Shown here: piece after piece, positions 31,727 through 32,000 of the stretch
How the letters are laid out: each line of letters begins with the position of its first letter
Numbering within the stretch: the stretch's first letter is position 1
Assembly: GCF_016127575.1 (NCBI RefSeq)
Contig: NZ_CP066020.1
Span: 180,001 to 212,000 of the forward strand
Length of the DNA: 32,000 bases
Direction of reading: 5' to 3'
From: Cupriavidus necator
Lineage (GTDB): Bacteria; Pseudomonadota; Gammaproteobacteria; Burkholderiales; Burkholderiaceae
The notes under the pieces: model-generated
The model's database searches: none
Told to the model about the DNA's origin: nothing
Seen by the model: the letters and a program-made list of their open reading frames with translations, nothing else
Position numbers and translations under genes: made by a program

Positions 31727-32000
31727 GAAACGGTGCTCTTCCTGGCTGTTTGCAATTTATCAGATACGTATTGTGGCAAATTCACGCTGTATATTGGTGC
31801 ATTTTTTTGTTATGGCATCAAGTCGTGGCGGTGCTGAGAGGCTTGCGGGTAGCTAGCAAGCCCCCTCTTTCGTAGGGATTAAGGCTTGCCGGGCAGATGC
31901 CGATTCAGAACCAAATCCTCGGTGCAGTTATACGCGCCTGAGCCTCCATTCTTTTACTCGACAGTGCCTATAGGGACCCCCAGTGTATCTAGCTCAAGCG

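Noticed and set aside
31727-32000. AT-richer region upstream of the OLD gene, with a 7-bp-stem hairpin (GGCTTGC...GCAAGCC, about 31839-31861); considered for promoter and terminator calls.
   Set aside because: I could not place a convincing -35/-10 pair at proper spacing by eye, and the hairpin lacks a U-tract on either strand. A promoter very likely lies here, but I cannot position it.

Overview
GC-rich accessory region; the KfrA/H-NS-type genes and IS66 suggest a Burkholderiales-like beta-proteobacterium (inference). It reads as a mosaic defence/mobile island rather than core genome. I saw no rRNA gene, tRNA gene or CRISPR array.

Left to right:
1. Tail of an unidentified gene, translationally coupled to a compact UvrD-like helicase (1-1744), followed by a bidirectional terminator.
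2. A GNAT-like gene plus a small ORF on the minus strand.
3. A decayed kfrA-tail/hns copy.
4. A HipA/PI3-4K-like kinase coupled by ATGA to a 295-aa unknown protein (3315-5011).
5. A divergent pair: a 155-aa unknown protein and a GIY-YIG nuclease.
6. A 5'-truncated, frameshifted KfrA-like coiled-coil gene and an intact H-NS-like gene (7130-8173).
7. A complete IS66-family element (8408-10868) with 20/22 inverted repeats and a perfect 8-bp target duplication.
8. A 401-aa unknown protein, an H-NS N-terminal remnant, and a 290-aa protein with an Rx4H (HEPN-like) motif.
9. A minus-strand two-gene operon: a GHKL-type ATPase and a tandem PRTase-CxxC protein (13959-17376). This is the most interesting candidate for an unnamed conflict system.
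10. A divergently transcribed protein ending in a DUF559/Vsr-like endonuclease domain (18084-19538).
11. A minus-strand operon of MBL-fold hydrolase, a 1938-aa trypsin-like-protease/STAND-NTPase giant and a 94-aa ORF (19887-27178). It is Avs/AVAST-like.
12. A low-GC 103-aa gene with its own terminator.
13. An OLD-family ATPase/Toprim nuclease with a UvrD helicase (27852-31726). It is class-2 OLD / Gabija-like.

Base composition is patchy. Hand counts on single 60-nt lines give 47/60 GC at 7441-7500 (kfrA-like), 30/60 at 3301-3360 and 27/60 at 27361-27420.

All functional calls rest on motifs read by eye from the translations. None has been checked with HMM, BLAST or structure searches.
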